From IMG/VR virus record IMGVR_UViG_3300028844_006574, positions 27,376 through 91,375 of that record: a stretch of 64,000 nt of DNA; one strand, written 5' to 3'. Origin of the DNA: a virus. The notes under the pieces were generated by a model. It saw only the letters and a list, made by a program, of their open reading frames with translations, was not told where the DNA came from and did no database searches. The position numbers and the translations under genes are program-made. How positions within the stretch are numbered: the first letter of the stretch is position 1; every line of letters starts with the position of its first letter. Of this stretch, positions 49,078 through 58,257 are shown one piece after another.

Positions 49078-50123
49078 GCGCTACAGGGTATGTAGTGTTT
49101 TGTGAAGATAAATACTACTTGTTATGGCAACTAGAGTTGTTAATCGAATCTATAACAAACCGTGCTGGTGTACATGAAAAAGACATAGTAGTATTATATG
49201 CAGACCCTAGCTATCACCACAGGAGTGTAGAGTGGGGACAATCACCATACTTGAAAAGTTTGATGAAACATCACCATGATGTAAAATTTTATCCTGTACA
49301 AAACTGGGGCCGGCGAAACTGGTATTTTCGTTTTGAAGATAATAAAACTTGGCACCCTAAACAGTACCCGGGTATAAACAAATGGCTGAGTTTATGTGAA
49401 GCAGCCAACGCCGGTTGGTTAGATGATTTTACTGAAGTTGTACTTTTAGAACAAGATTTGTGGTTCAGCGGCAATTTTCCAAAATTAGGTCATGGAAATT
49501 GTGTTACAGCCAATTGGTTGTGTGACAGATACAACGCGTTTGAGGTGAATGACAAAACAGATGATATGAACACCCCTGGATTCGACTTGGATGATATCAT
49601 GAAGCTGTGCAAAGTACCATCGTCTCATCGGAAAAGATGGACCTCCGGAGCCATTGTGTTCAAATTTGTCACCAAGCAACTAGTACAAGCCAAGTTTTTA
49701 AATGCACTGGTCAATTACAACCAATTGCTGATGACACTAGGTGAACTAGCACTACCACAGGGCGCTCGTCATGAAACAGACATGGTCGCTCCATCTTTGG
49801 CCATGGCCCACTGTGGTATGCATTGTAGAACGGTTGAGGATTTACAATGGAAATCAGACGTTTGGACCTGGCACCAAAAACCACCAGACAATGTAGTTGT
49901 TCATTACGGTTGGGACTTCGCTGCATACCCACATTTGAACTCAACGTTTAGTAAATTTAAATATACTAACAAAGGTCCATGGACAGACAAAGAGGTTTTG
50001 ATGGCAGAATATAATGACCTTGCATTTGATTGGATTAAATCATTATACAACGATATATTCAAAATAGGTGAAAAAAACATACAAAGGGTCTGCGATAGAC
50101 AGGTTTATCTCCCAGTTATATGA
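49074..50123 (+). CDS. GT96/GT95-like protein O-glycosyltransferase (peptidyl-serine galactosyltransferase / HPAT-like)
   Basis: VFCEDKYYLLWQLELLIES, YPGINK, VVLLEQDLWF, TDMVAPSLAMAHCGMH and VVHYG..F....FSK follow the plant SERGT1 motif order as I recall it (VEC..YFDWQ, YPAINKP, VVILDADM, SEMYGYSFGAA, HYG..F....F.K). Confidence 0.55.
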   Translation: MSATGYVVFCEDKYYLLWQLELLIESITNRAGVHEKDIVVLYADPSYHHRSVEWGQSPYLKSLMKHHHDVKFYPVQNWGRRNWYFRFEDNKTWHPKQYPGINKWLSLCEAANAGWLDDFTEVVLLEQDLWFSGNFPKLGHGNCVTANWLCDRYNAFEVNDKTDDMNTPGFDLDDIMKLCKVPSSHRKRWTSGAIVFKFVTKQLVQAKFLNALVNYNQLLMTLGELALPQGARHETDMVAPSLAMAHCGMHCRTVEDLQWKSDVWTWHQKPPDNVVVHYGWDFAAYPHLNSTFSKFKYTNKGPWTDKEVLMAEYNDLAFDWIKSLYNDIFKIGEKNIQRVCDRQVYLPVI

Positions 50124-50515
50124 TATTAAAAAATATATTAACAAAGGTTGATATACAACAATGTATATCCGAGCTAACAATACTACATCGTCAGCATTAT
50201 TATGAGCCTGGTTACATTGTGTCTAGTAAAATCATTAGCGAAAAATATAACAATGTATTTGGTAAACTTTTGGATTATAAACACACGACACAGAAACACA
50301 CTATAGACTTTCAATTATCAAATGAAACATACCAATTGTACATACAAAACAAATTGTTGAGAGACTGGTTTGTTGAAAAATCGCAACCATATTCTATAAT
50401 GTATTATATGGATATCAATTACCCTAAAAAATTAACTCCGATGGCAGTATTACTTGAAGTAATATTTGAATTGACTTATCATTCTTTCCCAGAAACTGTT
50501 GAAAACCCTGTTTAA
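50120..50515 (+). CDS. Hypothetical protein
   Basis: 131 aa; ATGA overlap with the previous gene. Confidence 0.55.
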   Translation: MILKNILTKVDIQQCISELTILHRQHYYEPGYIVSSKIISEKYNNVFGKLLDYKHTTQKHTIDFQLSNETYQLYIQNKLLRDWFVEKSQPYSIMYYMDINYPKKLTPMAVLLEVIFELTYHSFPETVENPV

Positions 50516-50534
50516 CCCTTATAATTAATAATAT

Positions 50535-52589
50535 ATGAAGCGCACAAAGACCTTATCCGAATTACTCAAAAAATCATCAAATGAAAAATTTAATGACCTG
50601 CACTGGTCCGGTTCCTTTGAAGAGTATCTGAACCTTGTAGAGGATCAACCTAAAATTACTCGTAACTCATACCAGCGTATGTACGATATGATCACATCGT
50701 ACGGTACTGAAGAATTTACATATTGTAAACAAAGCGTCACCAAATATAAATTTTTCTCTCAGTGCACGGATAGTATCGGTATTTATGGTTTAGAAGAGCC
50801 GTTAATGGAATTGGTAGATGTGTTAAGATCTGCTGCATATCATTACGGACCAGAACGTAGAATAATTTTGTTACATGGTCCAGTAGGTAGTAGTAAATCA
50901 ACAATTGTGACCATCCTCAAAAAAGGTTTGGAGAGATATAGTCATTCCGACCCATTGTATTCATTCACTTGGCTAGTAAAAGACGAAAAGGGTAATGATA
51001 TTGAGGTGCCATGTCCAATGAACGAGGAACCCCTCAAACTGTTACCAGGTGATGCCCGTTCAAATATTCTAGAACGAATTAACAAAAAGCTAGGCAAATC
51101 AAACTACCGTATCAAATTGGATGGTAATCTGTCCCCTGTTTCAGAATATTATCAGCAAAAACTACTAGAACAATACAATGGAGATTATGAAAAGATGCTG
51201 GCTCATGTAAGAGTTAGAAGAGTACTACTCTCAGAAAAGAACCGAGTAGGTATAGGAACATTTCAACCAAAGGACGAGAAAAGCCAGGACGCGACTGAAT
51301 TAACCGGTGATATAAACTATAGAAAACTAGCACTGTATGGTAGCGAAAGTGACCCCCGTGCATTTGATTTTGATGGTGAATTTCTAGTGTCTAATCGAGG
51401 TATGATAGAGTTTCAAGAAATACTGAAGTTACAGACTGAGTTCTTGTATGACTTATTAGGTGCTACACAAGAACATCGGGTCAAGCCCAAACGATTCAAT
51501 CAAGTACCTATTGATGAAGTGATAATAGGTCATACTAACAACGCTGAATTTGACAAGCTTAAAAACAACAAATTCATGGAAGCATTGAGAGACCGCACAA
51601 TCAAGATTGATGTACCATATCTACTCAAAATCGAGGATGAGAAAAAGGTTTATGATCATTTTTATAATACAACAACTGTACATAAACACATAGCACCCCA
51701 CACAACATATTTAGCAGCTTTGTTTGCAGTGGTATCTCGGTTGGAAAAGCCAGTGAAAAATGACATGACAGTTATTCAAAAAGCAAAATTGTACAACGGT
51801 GTAGGTGTCCATGGATTTACGGAAGAGCATGTCAAGGAGATGCTAGAAGAAACACCAAATGAAGGACTAACATCTGGGATAAGTGCGCGCTTCATCCAGA
51901 ATCAGTTTAGTAACGCGATTGTTAATCCGCGAATGGGAAAAAAGAGCATCAATCCCTTCATGCTCTTCTCTGAAATTAGAGAAGGACTAAAAAATTACTC
52001 TGGATTTGCTAGTGAAGACTCACGTTCTTTGGCATTAGAACGTCTAGAACTTGTAGAAAAAGAATACGACCGTATAGTGAAACGAGAAGTGCAACAAGCT
52101 TTGAGCAGCAGCGAAGAAGCAATCCGGACATTGTGTGCAAATTATATTGACAGTATAGTATCATATATAAACGAAGAGAAAGTGATCAATCCAATCACTG
52201 GTAAAGATGAACCACCAAATGAAAAGCTCATGAGATCGATCGAAGAGAAGATCAACGTATCAACTAACATGAAAGACGATTTTCGTAGAGAGATAATGAA
52301 CTACATGGGATCTCTAGCAGCCAAAGGAAAAACTTTCAGCTATGATAGTAACGAGCAATTGCACAAAGCATTAGAAAAGAAACTATTTGAAGACATTAAA
52401 GACAGTATCAAGTTATCCGCCCTGGCACAAGACACAGCCACTGTAGTGGATAAAGAGCTTGTGGAAAAAATAAATGCGCTTAAACAAAGATTAATCAAAG
52501 ATTTCGGTTACGATGAAGACAGCGCCCATGATGTACTTGTATATGTCGGTAGTATTTTCGCCAGAGGTGACGACGTAGGAGCCAAATAA
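50535..52589 (+). CDS. prkA: PrkA/YeaG-family AAA+ protein
   Basis: WSGSFEEYL, RNSYQRMYDMI, ILLHGPVGSSKS, CPMNEEPL, GSESDPRAFDFDGE, NRGMIEF, EALRDR, GISARF. Confidence 0.95.
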   Translation: MKRTKTLSELLKKSSNEKFNDLHWSGSFEEYLNLVEDQPKITRNSYQRMYDMITSYGTEEFTYCKQSVTKYKFFSQCTDSIGIYGLEEPLMELVDVLRSAAYHYGPERRIILLHGPVGSSKSTIVTILKKGLERYSHSDPLYSFTWLVKDEKGNDIEVPCPMNEEPLKLLPGDARSNILERINKKLGKSNYRIKLDGNLSPVSEYYQQKLLEQYNGDYEKMLAHVRVRRVLLSEKNRVGIGTFQPKDEKSQDATELTGDINYRKLALYGSESDPRAFDFDGEFLVSNRGMIEFQEILKLQTEFLYDLLGATQEHRVKPKRFNQVPIDEVIIGHTNNAEFDKLKNNKFMEALRDRTIKIDVPYLLKIEDEKKVYDHFYNTTTVHKHIAPHTTYLAALFAVVSRLEKPVKNDMTVIQKAKLYNGVGVHGFTEEHVKEMLEETPNEGLTSGISARFIQNQFSNAIVNPRMGKKSINPFMLFSEIREGLKNYSGFASEDSRSLALERLELVEKEYDRIVKREVQQALSSSEEAIRTLCANYIDSIVSYINEEKVINPITGKDEPPNEKLMRSIEEKINVSTNMKDDFRREIMNYMGSLAAKGKTFSYDSNEQLHKALEKKLFEDIKDSIKLSALAQDTATVVDKELVEKINALKQRLIKDFGYDEDSAHDVLVYVGSIFARGDDVGAK

Positions 52590-52590
52590 C

Positions 52591-53733
52591 ATGCCCGGTC
52601 GCCGCATACGCGAGGATCATCGCGAGTATCGTGATTTGATCAAAGACAAGGTCAAAAACCGGGTCAAAGATCACATCAAAACCGGTAAAAAGGTCAAGCG
52701 CCATGGAAAAGACTTTGTGGTAGTTGACATACCGGTCATTGATTTACCATCGTTCAGACATGGTCGTAACAAAGGAGGTGGTATTGGAAACGGTCCTGGT
52801 GATGTAGGTGATGAAGTGGGTGATGGTCCTCCAAAACCCGGTAAAGGTAAAGCCGGTGATCAAGAAGCTGAACACACGATGGGAGTCGGGGTCAATGTAG
52901 ATGATTATATTGACATACTAGGTGAAGAGCTGGAGCTACCTAATTTAACTCCTAGACCTAAGGGAGATATTGTCAACCAAAAGGTAAAGTATAGTGGATT
53001 GAGCAGGGTGGGTAACAACTGCTTATTACATAAAAAGAAAACGTTGAGAAACGCTATGAAACGTGTCATATCCACGGGACAATTTGATCCGAACGACATA
53101 TCTAATGTAGTACCTATAAATCAAGACAAAGTGTATAAAACATGGAAGATCGTTGACTCTCCTGATATAAACGCAGTAGTGTTTTTCCTACAAGACATCA
53201 GCTGGAGTATGGATGGTGAGAAACGAGACCTAGTCAGAGAGTTATGCTGGTATCTAGAACAATGGATTCGTAAATTTTACAAGCAAGTGGATTTGAAACA
53301 TATAGTACATGATGTAGTTGCTCAAGAAGTAGACCAAGAGAAATTCTATGCATACGAGGCTGGTGGTGGTACAAAAATAAGCTCCGCTTTTGAATTGACA
53401 TCAAATATTATAGACAGTTCTTACCCTCTAGAAGACTGGAACATGTATGTATTTTACTTTTCAGACGGTGAGAATTTCACTTCAGATACCAAAAGGTGTA
53501 TACAGTTACTAGAAGAGTTACAGATGAAATGTAATTTGATAGGCGTAGGTGAAGTAAAAGGAACTACCGACTGGTCTGATTTTGCCCTCTCTGTTGAAAA
53601 TGAAATTGAAGGTAGAGTATTAGATGAAGGTGTAGTGACAACAGCTTCTATAGACTCACATGATGACGTGTTAAGAGCCATACAAGATTTTCTTGCACCA
53701 TGTGAGCAGAAAAAGCCGTACACTGTAACATGA
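52591..53733 (+). CDS. yeaH: YeaH/YhbH (DUF444) vWA-like protein
   Basis: LGEELELPNL, AVVFFLQDISWSM, GGGTKISSA, YPLEDWNMYVFYFSDGEN. Confidence 0.93.
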   Translation: MPGRRIREDHREYRDLIKDKVKNRVKDHIKTGKKVKRHGKDFVVVDIPVIDLPSFRHGRNKGGGIGNGPGDVGDEVGDGPPKPGKGKAGDQEAEHTMGVGVNVDDYIDILGEELELPNLTPRPKGDIVNQKVKYSGLSRVGNNCLLHKKKTLRNAMKRVISTGQFDPNDISNVVPINQDKVYKTWKIVDSPDINAVVFFLQDISWSMDGEKRDLVRELCWYLEQWIRKFYKQVDLKHIVHDVVAQEVDQEKFYAYEAGGGTKISSAFELTSNIIDSSYPLEDWNMYVFYFSDGENFTSDTKRCIQLLEELQMKCNLIGVGEVKGTTDWSDFALSVENEIEGRVLDEGVVTTASIDSHDDVLRAIQDFLAPCEQKKPYTVT

Positions 53734-55355
53734 AGCAAGCCACGAGCAATTTATTAGAGCAAGGAGTGTCTCCTGAATTGGCGGAGCATATACCAGATGT
53801 GATCCGTGTGTGTAAAGACCAGGGCCTGGACCCTTACGAACTGGTTATTGAGGAATATAATGCGGATGAAATTGCTGAACTCGGAGCATACGGTGGCTTC
53901 CCGGTGAGATACCCACATTTCAGTTTTGGTCAGCAATATGAAACATTACACCATCAGTATCATAGTGGGATGGGTAAGATTTACGAAATGGTTGTAAACA
54001 ACGACCCGACGTACATGTACTTGCAACGAAATAATCCGCTGGTTGATAATCTAACGGTTGTGGCTCATGCACTAGCTCATTCAGATTTTTTCAAAAACAA
54101 TATATACTTTGGAAACACCAACAGAAACATGATGAACGTGATGGCCAACCATGGACAGAAAATAAGACAATACATGGAAGCTTATGGACATAACAGAGTT
54201 TCAAAATTTTTAGATGCATGTTTATCAATTGATGATCTAGTCGACCCAAACGTTGTATGGGACGATAGCAGATATAACAAACCCAAGAAGATAGAATTCG
54301 ACAAACCAGTAGAACAATTTTCACCAAAGCGAATTGAAACAAAGAGTTACATGGATCATTTCGTCAACACACAAAAGTTTTTGGACCGGCAGAGGAGTAA
54401 ACACAAACGCGATGCTTGGAAGCATCTCAAAAAATACCCACTCCAACCGGAGAAAGACATTTTGTTGTTCATACTCAAGCACGTACGATTAGAACAGTGG
54501 CAACAAAACATATTGTCCATGGTACGTGACGAGAGTGTTTACTTCCGCCCACAAATGCTGACAAAAGTGTTGAACGAAGGCTGGGCCAGTTACTGGGACA
54601 GTTTCATCATGACACAGTGCGGATACGCTCAAGATGCTGGTATATTTGATTACGCACGTCACCACGCAGGGGTGTTAGGAGGTAAGTATGCCATGAGCAA
54701 CCCATACCGATTGGGTAATTATCTGCTACGTGATGTGGAAGATAGATGGAACAAGGGTCAATTCGGTCGTGAGTGGGAAAATTGCGAGGACACACACCAA
54801 AAGGCCAATTGGGATACCAAAGCCATGCTCGGTAGGGAGAAAATATTTCAGATCAGAGAAGACTATGGAGATATTAACTTTATCAACGAGTTTTTCACAC
54901 AAGAATTTTGTGACAAACATGAGTATTTCGAATACACGCTGGATCCAGAGACCAACAAGTATGTGATAGCCAACAGAGACTATCAATCGATCAAGCAACA
55001 ATTGATCAAACGATATGTTAATGGAGGCCGACCGGTCATAAACTTGACATCGTTCAGCAAAGACGGTATCGAGTTGCTACACAAATACGATGGTATGGAA
55101 CTGGATGCTAAATATGTTGAAAAAACACTCAAAATGATGTATAACATAGTGAACATGCCAATACAATTGAAAACAAAAGTGACACAGCAAGAGAAAACCG
55201 AGACATATGGACATGTGTTCGCGGTTCGATCCGCGCAACAAGAAAAAAAGTCTTTGGAAAACAGAGTGTACAAATATGATGGTGACCAGTTCAAGCACTG
55301 GGAAAATTACAAACATAAAGATTTTAAAATATCAGAAGAAGATCTACCGTTTTAA
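53730..55355 (+). CDS. spoVR: SpoVR/YcgB-family protein
   Basis: AYGGFPVRYPHFSFG, IYEMVVNNDP, VVAHALAHSDFFKNN, YFRPQMLTKVLNEGWASYW, NPYRLG. Confidence 0.95.
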   Translation: MKQATSNLLEQGVSPELAEHIPDVIRVCKDQGLDPYELVIEEYNADEIAELGAYGGFPVRYPHFSFGQQYETLHHQYHSGMGKIYEMVVNNDPTYMYLQRNNPLVDNLTVVAHALAHSDFFKNNIYFGNTNRNMMNVMANHGQKIRQYMEAYGHNRVSKFLDACLSIDDLVDPNVVWDDSRYNKPKKIEFDKPVEQFSPKRIETKSYMDHFVNTQKFLDRQRSKHKRDAWKHLKKYPLQPEKDILLFILKHVRLEQWQQNILSMVRDESVYFRPQMLTKVLNEGWASYWDSFIMTQCGYAQDAGIFDYARHHAGVLGGKYAMSNPYRLGNYLLRDVEDRWNKGQFGREWENCEDTHQKANWDTKAMLGREKIFQIREDYGDINFINEFFTQEFCDKHEYFEYTLDPETNKYVIANRDYQSIKQQLIKRYVNGGRPVINLTSFSKDGIELLHKYDGMELDAKYVEKTLKMMYNIVNMPIQLKTKVTQQEKTETYGHVFAVRSAQQEKKSLENRVYKYDGDQFKHWENYKHKDFKISEEDLPF

Positions 55356-56810
55356 ATGATCATTAATTATTTAAAAGTTTACACTCCCCCGTCACCCAAA
55401 GTTAGATATGGAATCAATCAAGACGGAGGTTATGTTGGAGTTAAAACATCAACTGATATTTTATTATCAGGTGGGATTGGTACAGATATTTCATTTGAGT
55501 TAGATTTTGTTAAAATGAACGATGTGAATGCGGTTTGCGCGGATTCTATATTTTATAATGGTAATGCTCGATTTATTGATTTGGAAGATTTTGTAAACAA
55601 CAGTCAATTTAAAAATGATCCTTATATTTCAAAATTGCAATTCGTAAACAAATTCGTTGGTAAAGACGAAAACGATAAATCCACAAATTATCATAATTTT
55701 TTAAAACAATTCAGTGACATTACATTGAAACTTGACATTGAAGGTGGGGAATTTGATTACATTAATTCATTATCTAATAAACAATTAAATAAAATAAACC
55801 AAATTTTTCTTGAAGTGCATTGGTTAGATAAATTAAATGATTTTTCTTTTTTTGAAAAATTAAATCAGAATCATATATTGATTCATGCACACGGCAATAA
55901 CAACGGTCGTGTGTTCAGAGTTGGCAAATCGAGAATACCAAAGGTACTAGAAGTCACTTATTTACATAAAAAGTTTTTTAGTGGTGAATACAAGTTAAAT
56001 AGTGAACCACTGCCGTCCTCAATAGACTTTCCAAATCGTATCAAAAGAGCCGATTTGAGTTTAAATTTTCCACCATTTGTTAATTTTAAAAAAATGAAAA
56101 TACCAAAAATAATACATCAGACATGGGTCTTTAAGAACGATGATTACATAAAAGGTTTGCGAGATAAATGGTTAGGTTACAATCCAGAATATGAATATTT
56201 TATATATAACAATAAAGACAATTTAAAATTCATCAAAGAAAATTTTAATGAAAGAATTTATAACTGCTACTCTAGAATATTGAACGGATCAGCTAAGGCC
56301 GATTTTTTCAGATATGCAGTTTTATATATCAAAGGTGGTGTATATTTAGATATAGATTTTTTACCCAAAGCTAGCCTCTCAGATTGTATAGAAGAAAATG
56401 ATGAACTTATCATAACTCATGACGACCAAGTTCGCCGTAGACATGCAAATCCAAACGGTGTCTTTAACGCCTTTATTTGTGCAAAACCCAAGCATGAATT
56501 ATTATTAATTCTAATTAATCAAATTTGTGAGTATATAGAGAATGGTGAACATAATAATGTTCGACATGCAATACATTCACTTACAGGTTCGAAGCTTTTT
56601 TCTGAAAAATTTAGAAATTATTTCAAAACGCAGAATATCAAAGAATGTAAAACTGATTCCTACAAAATAGTAACACACCATGCGTTTACACCTACACCCC
56701 ATAATAACACAATCACTTGTGGGGATAAAATTTTATTTACATCCCAAAATAGCATACCAAATAGAAGTTTGATCCCACATTATAACTCAAATTTTGAGTT
56801 ATATAGATGA
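55356..56810 (+). CDS. Fusion of FkbM-like SAM methyltransferase and GT32 (DXD) glycosyltransferase
   Basis: N-terminal RYG..QDGGY, LSGGIG.DISFE, LKLDIEGGE, HAHGNN; C-terminal IPKIIHQTW and KADFFRYAVLYIKGGVYLDID. Confidence 0.85.
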   Translation: MIINYLKVYTPPSPKVRYGINQDGGYVGVKTSTDILLSGGIGTDISFELDFVKMNDVNAVCADSIFYNGNARFIDLEDFVNNSQFKNDPYISKLQFVNKFVGKDENDKSTNYHNFLKQFSDITLKLDIEGGEFDYINSLSNKQLNKINQIFLEVHWLDKLNDFSFFEKLNQNHILIHAHGNNNGRVFRVGKSRIPKVLEVTYLHKKFFSGEYKLNSEPLPSSIDFPNRIKRADLSLNFPPFVNFKKMKIPKIIHQTWVFKNDDYIKGLRDKWLGYNPEYEYFIYNNKDNLKFIKENFNERIYNCYSRILNGSAKADFFRYAVLYIKGGVYLDIDFLPKASLSDCIEENDELIITHDDQVRRRHANPNGVFNAFICAKPKHELLLILINQICEYIENGEHNNVRHAIHSLTGSKLFSEKFRNYFKTQNIKECKTDSYKIVTHHAFTPTPHNNTITCGDKILFTSQNSIPNRSLIPHYNSNFELYR

Positions 56811-56850
56811 AGAACCATATCAATTTGAAGAGGTTTTAAATTAAAATATT

Positions 56851-57693
56851 ATGAAAACAAAAACATTTATCATAGGAGAGATAGGCATCAATCACAACGG
56901 GGATCTTGACATAGCCAAGAAGCTTATAGACATCGCAGCTTGTGCTGGATTTGATGCAGTCAAGTTTCAGAAACGAGACCCGGATACATGTGTACCTGAG
57001 AAACAAAAACAAGTACTGCGGCAAACCCCTTGGGGCCAGATACCGTACATTGATTACAAGAAGCGTATCGAGTTCACCGGTGATCAATATGATGAGATCG
57101 ATGTATATTGCTTCGAGAAAGGCATCAGTTGGAGCGCTAGTCCTTGGGACATGAACAGCGCCAGGTTTTTAAATCGTTACAACCTCACATGGGTCAAAAT
57201 AGCCAGCGCCAGCATCACGGATCTGAAACTCGTGAGCTATTGCGCCAAAACATTTGACAAGTTGATAATAAGCACCGGCATGAGCACCATGGAACAGGTG
57301 ACCAAAGCTGTCGATACTGCCAAGAAACATTTACCTCAGGAAAACATAACACTGCTACATTGCAACAGCAGCTACCCAGCACCAATTGATGAATTGAACT
57401 TGAACGTGATAACCAAACTCAAACAACTGTACCCTCGAATGGATGTTGGTTACAGTGGCCATGAATACGGTTTGTTAGCATCCATGGCAACAGTAGCACT
57501 GGGTGCCACCTGTGTAGAACGACACATCACACTGGACAAAAGCATGTGGGGTAGTGATCAAGCATGTTCGTTAGAACCACATGCCATGTTCAAGCTGGTC
57601 AGAGGCATCCGCGAACTGGAGCTGGCTCTAGGTTCAGATGAAAAATGCATGACACCGTCTGAACTGGCAAAGGCTGAGACATTGCGTAAATAA
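56851..57693 (+). CDS. neuB: Nonulosonic acid synthase NeuB family (no C-terminal antifreeze-like domain)
   Basis: IGEIGINHNGDL, DAVKFQKR, KIASA, ISTGMS, LLHCNSSYP, GYSGHE, ERHITLD...GSDQ..SLEP. Confidence 0.95.
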   Translation: MKTKTFIIGEIGINHNGDLDIAKKLIDIAACAGFDAVKFQKRDPDTCVPEKQKQVLRQTPWGQIPYIDYKKRIEFTGDQYDEIDVYCFEKGISWSASPWDMNSARFLNRYNLTWVKIASASITDLKLVSYCAKTFDKLIISTGMSTMEQVTKAVDTAKKHLPQENITLLHCNSSYPAPIDELNLNVITKLKQLYPRMDVGYSGHEYGLLASMATVALGATCVERHITLDKSMWGSDQACSLEPHAMFKLVRGIRELELALGSDEKCMTPSELAKAETLRK

Positions 57694-57697
57694 ATGT

Positions 57698-57910
57698 ATG
57701 GACGTGGATCGATTAGAGGTTCGAAAAATTATCGCACAGGAAGTGAAACCTAACGAAAGTTTGATCGTGTGGTCTGACATGTACATGAAATATATAAAAA
57801 AAACATTTGAAGAGCAAACAACGGTGTATGAGGTAGACCCCCAACTAGCCAAAGATCGACTGATCACATACATAACCGAGCGTATGCAAAATGAGCTCAG
57901 AACCGATTAA
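57698..57910 (+). CDS. Hypothetical protein
   Basis: 70 aa; TAAATA 5 nt upstream. Confidence 0.55.
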   Translation: MDVDRLEVRKIIAQEVKPNESLIVWSDMYMKYIKKTFEEQTTVYEVDPQLAKDRLITYITERMQNELRTD

Positions 57911-58253
57911 AAAGACCATTTGTTTCGATTTTGACGGTACCATATGTGACACCGACGAGACTCAACCTGTGCCAGGACGTTATTATAACAGCACACCCAA
58001 AGCCCGTATTGTGGACATAGTGAAACGATTTTACAACAAAGGATACACGGTGGTAATAGACACCGCTCGTGGGAGTTCTGCCACTGGTTTGACTAAATAT
58101 TACAAGCGATGGAAATTGAAAAAACTCACGCAAACGCAACTCAAACGCTGGGGAGTACCCTACCACAAACTTCGTGTCGGGACGAAGATTGCTGCTGACC
58201 TGTACATAGACGACAAAAGTTTACCTGTTAGTATTTTTGAAAAGGAAAACTGA
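57891..58253 (+). CDS. HAD-superfamily phosphatase (capsule-biosynthesis type)
   Basis: ICFDFDGTIC (DxD), TARG, K..ADLYIDDK; lies between neuB and neuA. Confidence 0.88.
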   Translation: MSSEPIKKTICFDFDGTICDTDETQPVPGRYYNSTPKARIVDIVKRFYNKGYTVVIDTARGSSATGLTKYYKRWKLKKLTQTQLKRWGVPYHKLRVGTKIAADLYIDDKSLPVSIFEKEN

Positions 58254-58257
58254 GATC

